From Eledone cirrhosa (Eukaryota): 64,000 nucleotides of DNA. The stretch spans positions 26,350,001-26,414,000 of the forward strand of contig OZ024755.1 in assembly GCA_964016885.1 (NCBI GenBank), written 5' to 3'. Position numbers and translations under genes: made by a program. Below, in pieces: positions 56,014 to 64,000 of the stretch (positions are counted from its first letter, which is position 1; each line of letters starts with the position of its first letter). Below the pieces are notes generated by a model that searched no databases, was not told where the DNA came from, and was given only the letters and a program-made list of their open reading frames with translations.

Positions 56014-56165
56014 AAGTATATATGTATATATATATAATGTATATGTATATGTATATGTATAAGTATATATATATATATAAAGTATATATGTATATATATA
56101 TATATCTAAAGTATATATGTGTATATATATATATAAAGTATATATAAAGTATATATATATATAAA

Positions 56166-56234
<69 letters not shown>

Positions 56235-56235
56235 C
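55352..56235. repeat. (TA)n array with minisatellite unit taaagtatatatg(ta)n
   Basis: Direct inspection. Confidence 0.95.
55838..55956 (-). mobile_element. 5'-truncated SINE family A inside a TA-rich minisatellite
   Basis: Tail and central domain run up to the B-box; gtatgtatatatatataat-like sequence lies on both sides. Confidence 0.85.
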
Positions 56236-56439
56236 ATATGTATATATAAACTATAGAGGTTCGAAATGGCGTGTGAATGGTTCAGGACTGGAGGAGAGGA
56301 AATAAAACGATTGGCAATATTGTAGTACGTGATGGAATACTTAGCAAGTGAAACCTTATGCCCTGGCACGGTTTCCCCTTATTTCGTATATTCTTTTATT
56401 CCGTTATTCTGCAATACCCGCTCCTACTCTCTCTCTCTC

Positions 56440-56540
<101 letters not shown>

Positions 56541-56592
56541 TTTTCTATATATATATATATATATATATCATTTTCTATATATATATATATAT

Positions 56593-56613
56593 ATCATTTT
56601 CTTTTCCTTTTTA

Positions 56614-56659
<46 letters not shown>

Positions 56660-56708
56660 GTATGTAAAAGGTAAACAGAAATAACAACACAATCGGTACA
56701 GTATATGG

Positions 56709-56712
<4 letters not shown>
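56593..56712. repeat. Tail-to-tail pair of short element ends within (TA)n, in the same arrangement as 58887-58983
   Basis: atcattttcttttcctttttactaat-(TA)n-aatatgtatgtaaaaggtaaacagaaataacaacacaat.ggtacagtatatggaagg occurs at both loci. Confidence 0.8.
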
Positions 56713-56766
<54 letters not shown>

Positions 56767-56870
56767 GATGCACATATGTGTGTGTATATATGCATGTGTG
56801 TGCGCGTACATATATATATATATATATATATATGCATACTTTCATACATACCTATCAACTAACCACCGTG

Positions 56871-56951
<81 letters not shown>

Positions 56952-57157
56952 GCACACACATATATATATGTACGTACATATACACCCTCACACTCTTGTA
57001 TATAGACATCCACACGTTCACTGAAGTTCCCAAAACGCCGGAACTGATACTTGATGGTAAATCTATCTGTACATGAGCTTTCTGTGATTGATACATTCCC
57101 CTCTTCTCCTTCTACACTTCGTTTTCATCATCTACCTCCTCGTCTTTGCCGTTATCC

Positions 57158-57488
57158 TCCTCCTTCTCCTCCTCCTCCTCCTCCTCCTCCTCCTCATCAT
57201 CATCATCATCATCACCACCTTCATCATCACCACCACCATCGTCATCATCACCATCATCATCATCACTACCACTATCACCACCACCATCATCATCATCATC
57301 ATCACTACCATCACCACCACACCACCTCTATCGTCATCGCCACCACTATCACCAACTTCATCATCACCACCATCATTGTCCATCATCATCATCCCCACCA
57401 TCACCATCACTACCAACACCATCATCATCATCATCACCACCATCATCATCATCATCACCATCATCATCATCACTACCACTATCACCAC

Positions 57489-57520
<32 letters not shown>

Positions 57521-57891
57521 CTACCATCACCACCACACCACCTCTATCGTCATCGCCACCACTATCACCAACTTCATCATCACCACCATCATTGTCCATC
57601 ATCATCATCCCCACCATCACCATCACTACCAACACCATCATCATCATCACCACCATCATCACCATCATCATCATCATCACTACCACTATCACCATCATCA
57701 CCATCATCATCATCATCATCACTACCATCACCACCACCTCTATCGTCATCGCCACCACTATCACCAACTTCATCATCACCACCATCATTGTCCATCATCA
57801 TCATCCCCACCATCACCATCACTACCAACACCATCATCATCATCACCACCATCATCATCATCACCATCATCATCATCACTACCACTATCAC

Positions 57892-57923
<32 letters not shown>

Positions 57924-58255
57924 CCACCATCATTGTCCATCATCATCATCCCCACCACCATCACTACCAACACTATCATCATCATCATCATCATCACCAT
58001 CATCATCACTATCATCATCATCATCATCATCACTACCATCACCACCACACCACTTCTATCGTCATCGCCACCACTATCACCAACTTCATCATCACCACCA
58101 TCATTGTCCATCATCATCATCCCCACCACCATCACTACCAACACCAACATCATCATCACCACCACCATCATCATCATCATCAACATCATCATCATTATCA
58201 CCATCACCATCACCATCATCACCATCATCATCATCATCACCACGATCATCATCAT
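57158..58255. repeat. (CAT/CAC)n-based minisatellite with a higher-order unit of about 200 bp
   Basis: The marker ctatcgtcatcgccaccactatcaccaacttcatc recurs at about 57327, 57544, 57740 and 58056. Confidence 0.95.
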
Positions 58256-58552
58256 ATCGTGTTATTCAAATCTCTAGAATCAATAAAATAGCCTAAAAGG
58301 TTATAGCGTTATCTTCACAAAGTAGCTAAATTACATTTTTAACATACCAGAAAGAACGCAGAATCTTCGACTGTAGAAAGAACTATTACTCTCTTTACTA
58401 GCCGGAAACAATAGCTAAATCACCCTCACATTAAACAACTGATATTATATATATAATAATCACGTGCTGCTTGCACCTGCAACTTCGATTATACTCATTA
58501 CTATTATATATATATTTATTTAAAAAAATAGAGGTGTGACACACGAGTTGTG

Positions 58553-58915
58553 ATATATTAGTAAAAAGGAAAAGAAAATGACGTCAAATTTTTCCCAGTG
58601 AAAAATAGTTTAATTAGGAATAAGTATAAATCAGTACTAAGTATTAGTTAGTATTTAGTTTTAAGTTTTTACCGGTTGCGCATTTCTTATGCTTTTGCAA
58701 AAATAATTTTGAGATAGAGTGCTCGTGATTTTTGCCACGAGCACTCTATCTCAAAATTATTTTTGCAAAGCATAAGAAATGCGCAACCGGTAAACACTTA
58801 AAACTAAAACTGAATACTAACTGATACTTAGTACTGATTTATACTTATTCCTAATTAAACTATTTTTCACTGGGAAAAATTTGTCATCATTTTCTTTTCC
58901 TTTTTACTAATATAT
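58553..58915. repeat. Near-perfect hairpin of about 360 bp (arms about 175 bp, 8-nt loop at 58728-58735) ending in TA repeats
   Basis: The arms are reverse complements along their whole length, with few substitutions and indels; the centre is gctcgtg atttttgc cacgagc. Confidence 0.9.
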
Positions 58916-58925
58916 ATATATATAT

Positions 58926-59240
58926 AATATGTATGTAAAAGGTAAACAGAAATAACAACACAATTGGTACAGTATATGGAAGGTATATATTAGGTTAACG
59001 CTTGATATAGCAGGAAGAGGCTCTTAACATTTCGGACGCTAGTCCTTGATCAGAAGAAAGAATGAGAAATAAAATAGATTAAGGGACGGGCGTTTACTTT
59101 TTGCATATATACATATATTTGTTAACTGGGATACATATAAACACACGAGAGCTGGGCTAGTGATGGGGGGAGTACATTTTGGGAAACATTCAACCACGAT
59201 GGTGCCATGTGAAGCCAGAGGCGCATGCAAGGAGTTCAAA
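58926..59240 (-). mobile_element. PLE-like 3' end / retrozyme-like element with an HHR motif, ending in (TA)n
   Basis: Contains the HHR motif at 59023-59056. Its terminal sequence recurs at 6701-6800 and 56655-56712, always abutting (TA)n. Confidence 0.55.
59023..59056 (-). ncRNA. Minimal type I hammerhead motif, degenerate core (CTGATCA)
   Basis: Minus strand: ctt-CTGATCA-a ggac tagc gtcc-GAAA-tg-TT-aag. It is two substitutions from the PLE-type form CTGATGA...GAAACGTT; stems I and II are intact. Confidence 0.55.
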
Positions 59241-59260
59241 CGCGCACACACACGCGCGCT

Positions 59261-59345
<85 letters not shown>

Positions 59346-59764
59346 TTATTAAGCATCTTTATATCGTACAAGATTCCATTGTAAAGATTTCCTGAATAAT
59401 TCTATTCATTCTTCAGCAAATCGCATTTGCCTAAGTAAACAAAGAAATCAAGCATAATTGTTCACAAACACAAACGAGACGTGATGAAAAGTTAATGCTG
59501 TTAAACATGAAACATAACTTACAGAATCTCAGATGATATAAACATTCAAAATTTGAATTAAATATACACTTTCTCTCTCTATATATATAAACATATATAT
59601 ATCATAATAGGCAACGTTTGTCTTTCTACACCAAAAGGTAAACATTATGTGAGGCAATTTGTCTTTTACGTGGGAGTAATCAACTAGATAACAGTATTAT
59701 GTAAACAGATAATCAGATGCGTAGCTACATGTTAGAGATAAATTTGAAGAACAATTTTATCTCC

Positions 59765-60110
59765 ACACATTTCTGAGTGAGATTGGCTACCTTGTTCATG
59801 ACATCTTATCACTTCTTGTATACCTGGAAGTCCGGTTCAAAACAGACCCCAAACACTTTAACTGGGTCGTTAGTTCAGCAAAAGAAATTGCCGCTGGCCG
59901 GCATGGGTTTGTCTCTCTACGTACCGGGTTGCAAGCCTATTGATTTGTCCTGATTAATGTAAGCTCTAGTAATCAGCAGGTATTTTCCCAGTATGATGCC
60001 GACAGTTTCTATATCTGAAATGATTCACACCATGGAAGGTGACCTTGTCTGTGTTTGCAGACACGACTTTTGTTGATGAGTAGTATTTAGCATCAGTCGA
60101 TTTCATTTAA
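59765..60110 (-). mobile_element. Tx1/L1-like RT C-terminal fragment with stops
   Basis: INQDKSIGLQPGT*RDKPMP...TNDPVKVFGVCFEPDFQV. Confidence 0.6.
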
Positions 60111-60757
60111 ATTCTCCTCTTTTAAGCAGGTTAATAATGGAGGAATATTATTCAACTCTGTCATTGTCGGTCTCGCAACAAAACATAAACCGTTGCCAAC
60201 TTCAAGAAATCCTACAAAATCACATCGCATTTATTTACCAAACTCACAACTCAGGAAATAACATTTTCAGAAATCAGATGTTAATATATAGTATCTTTCT
60301 CCAAGCCTGAAGAATCTCCTCTAATTTCAACTTACATCTGATCTAGAGGAGGATACTCACTATTTAGAGGTTTATAACTTGACAGTTTTCATCTCATGAC
60401 TAAATTATATTATGTTCAAGTAATCAAACTAAATATCAGAATTTTATTAACTCTCGTATGTATTAACCACGCCACCATCATGCATCATCATAATTATCAT
60501 CGCAGTCAACCCCCTCACCACTACCAATAATAATAATAATAATAATAATGATTATTATTATTTTTATTATTATTTTTATCATTAATATTAGTAGTAATGG
60601 TAATGATATTATTAATATCACCATACGTTAATTTTGTCCTTTCATCTCACTCAGGTTTGTTTGTCCGTTCTGTTTAACTGAACTAAAAGGCAAACTGATT
60701 GATGCTGCATATGTGTAATTCAAACGTCTGTTGCGGTGAGATAGACGTAATAACGGC

Positions 60758-60790
<33 letters not shown>

Positions 60791-60791
60791 A

Positions 60792-60844
<53 letters not shown>

Positions 60845-61329
60845 GGAAATAAATGATGAATAATAAAAAAAAAAGAAAATAAAAAGCGTAGAAGAAGATA
60901 AGCAATTGCATTACAAACCAATACAGACGCTGGAATAAATAAATATTCAACATATGCTTGGTGCAACAGATTTTAATCAAAGAATATATCGATTTTCCCC
61001 TCCTCGGTGAGATACTATATTTTCTCTAAGATACAACAACAAGAACAGAAACAACAATAATAACAACAGTCACAACAAAATTCACAACTGTAGTCTAAAG
61101 ACAAACGATAATATCAGAAAGTAATTTCATATATTGATATGATGTGTAAGATTTTAGAAAGAATTATAATGAGTGTTGTGATGTTCATGCTTTTTCTGAA
61201 GCTATTAGTTGGTAATATAAGTCGAGGATTCTGTAGAGTCGCTAGAGTCTTGAGTTAAAAATCCAGGACCTTTTCACTCCAGTTGGCAGAACCCCTCCCT
61301 GATTGACCGCCACCGCTTCCTATCTCTGG

Positions 61330-62030
61330 CCTGAATCGTTAGAACGTCGGATAGAATGCATTCTGGTATTTGATCTGGTTCTTTGTGATCTGAGTTCAAA
61401 TTTCGCCGAAGTCAATTTTTTCTTTCATCATTTCGAGGTCGATAAAAAAGGTACCAGTCTGGAGTCGATTCTTCCTATATATATTTTTTACCTGCTCCCC
61501 CCCCCTATCTCTTCTTCCTTGGAGCGGAGTTGGGATCCTTAGGGGTGTAAAAATGATCTACAACTACATGAGAAATTACGAGTCCATACATACAAACATA
61601 CATCAATAATTGTATTGACCAAGTTCATGATTGCCCCTTATATTACCGATTGATAACAGGCAAAATGCCCTTGACATATGAGTTGATGTTTAATTACTTA
61701 ATGTATTTAAATCGGCATTCTACTGCCATGCCAACCTTGCTTCATTTACCATAAACTAAACGATTTCTTTAGACAAGACAGCAGAGCAATATTTATAGGA
61801 TAGAATTGATTGATGCTTTTCCATAAATTGTTTTCAGCTATTATATTGCAGTCACTTTATCATGTCTAAATATATAGAATGGCCTCAAGTTGGTAGACTC
61901 GTTAGAGTGCCGGACATAATACCTTGAGGAGTGTATACATTTTTTATTTTGAATATAAAATCCCACCCGAGGTCAACTTTACCTTTCATTTTTCCAGGGA
62001 CGGTACAATAAACAACAGTCAAGTACTGGC
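61330..62030 (+). mobile_element. Two degenerate SINE family A copies (about 61330-61470 and 61890-62030)
   Basis: Partial B-box and gtcaacttt..ctttcat central domain. Confidence 0.6.
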
Positions 62031-62533
62031 AATTATCTACATTGTCGACCACAACCCAAACAGTAGGCTGATCACATACCAATCGATAACATTGATCAAC
62101 TAAATGTCACAAGCAATTGACTCTATAGCGTGGATATTTAATAAATATTAATGTGGAATGCCATTAAAGCCGGAGTCATATTTAAATTGTAAGGCATTTA
62201 ATGTGTTTCTTTTCCGGTCCAGACAACTTACATATCTTACTCGCATCCAATTTCTGCATAGTTTGATAGTCTGGCATTTTTTTTATTGTTGCTGTTTTTT
62301 TGTTTTTTTTTTGTAATGCGGCATGTAACTCACGTTATCTCTTTTACCTGCTCTGACAAACTCTTACCATTTCTTGTTTATACATATCACGCTCTTTACC
62401 TCCATTGTTAAGTCTCTACATCGAGTCTCTCTCGTTTTCTGATATATATGGACGTTTGAATTAACAAACAAGTGGAAAAAGTAGTCAACACAGGTAGATT
62501 GTAGATAGTATAAAATAATAGTAAATAAAGCCT

Positions 62534-63275
62534 AATATATATTATATATATATATTATATATATATATTATATATATATATATTATATATATATATTATA
62601 TATATATATTTATATCTATATTATAATATATATTATAATATATATATATTATATATATAATATATATATATAATATATATATAATATATAATATAATATA
62701 TATATAATATATATATATAATATATATATATATAATATATATAATATATATATAATATATATATATAATATATATATATAATATATATATATAATATATA
62801 TATATAATAACATATATAATTATATATATAATATATATATATAATGTATATATATATATATAATATATATATATAATATATATATATATAATATATATAT
62901 ATAATATATATATATATATAATATAAATATATAATATATATATATATAATATATTATATATATATATTATATATATATATTATATATATATATTATATAA
63001 TATATATATTATATATTTATATTATATATATATATATAATATATATAATATATATATATATAATGTATATATATAATATATATATATAATATATATATAT
63101 AATATATATATATAGTAATAATAATAAATTTGAAGACTAAAATCCAAAGAGGGCTCGATAAGGATAAATATATATTAAATTTTAATATATATATATATAT
63201 TTATATATATATATATATATATAATAATATATATAATATAATATATATAATATAATATATATATATAATATATAT

Positions 63276-63309
<34 letters not shown>

Positions 63310-63476
63310 ATATATATATATAATATATATATATAATATATATATATAATATATACATATAATATATACATATAATATATATATAATATATATATATATA
63401 ATATATATAATATATATATATAATATATATATATAATATATATATATATAATATATAAATATAATATATAAATAAA

Positions 63477-63510
<34 letters not shown>

Positions 63511-63712
63511 AATATAATATATAAATAAAATATATATATATATTATATATATAATATATATATAATATATATATATAATATATATATATAATATATGTAG
63601 TATATATATATAATATATAAAAATATATAAATATATATAATATATATATAATATATATATATATATAATATATATTATATATATAATATATAATATATAT
63701 TATATATATATA

Positions 63713-63744
<32 letters not shown>

Positions 63745-63919
63745 ATATATATATATAATATATATATATAATATATATAATAATATATATAATAATATAT
63801 ATATAATATATATATATATATAATATATATATATATAATATATATATATATATAATATATATATATAATATATATATATATAATATATATATAATATATA
63901 TATATATAATATATATATA
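62534..63919. repeat. Degenerate (TA)n/(TATAA)n array of about 1.4 kb
   Basis: Direct inspection; interrupted at 63112-63174 by a short element end. Confidence 0.95.
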
Positions 63920-64000
63920 CGGTTCTTATATATTTGATATATATTTATCCTTATCGAGCCCTCTTTGGATTTTAGTCTTCAAATTTATTATTATTACTAT

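Noticed and set aside
60628-60730. Candidate upstream exon (caacag|ACG...CTGA|gtgaga) on the minus strand
   Set aside because: Splice sites are weak and the only open frame is not phase-compatible with exon A.

Overview
AT-rich, microsatellite-dense animal genomic DNA, probably a coleoid cephalopod such as Octopus (inferred from SINE types and repeat content). Almost all ORFs in the supplied track are simple-repeat artefacts. The only supportable host gene is three phase-0 GT-AG exons on the minus strand (38305-38228, 33892-33716, 26879-26604), giving 176 aa of an unidentified protein. The rest is transposon debris: about 20 tRNA-derived SINE copies (some in tandem), CORE-type SINEs, RTE, R4/Dong, CRE and Tx1 non-LTR fragments, mariner-like MITEs and degenerate Penelope-like (PLE) remnants. 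The most notable unexplained structure is a set of short element ends embedded in (TA)n, (TAA)n and (TATG)n microsatellites. Several carry minimal type I hammerhead-ribozyme (HHR) motifs (11294, 21196/21295, 27209, 48526, 59023, plus truncated or degenerate ones). They often form head-to-head fold-back hairpins or tail-to-tail pairs around expanded TA arrays. One copy begins within about 2 nt of the predicted self-cleavage site of its sibling. This is consistent with a microsatellite-targeted, HHR-processed PLE/retrozyme-like system. All calls were made by eye, with no database search or folding software.
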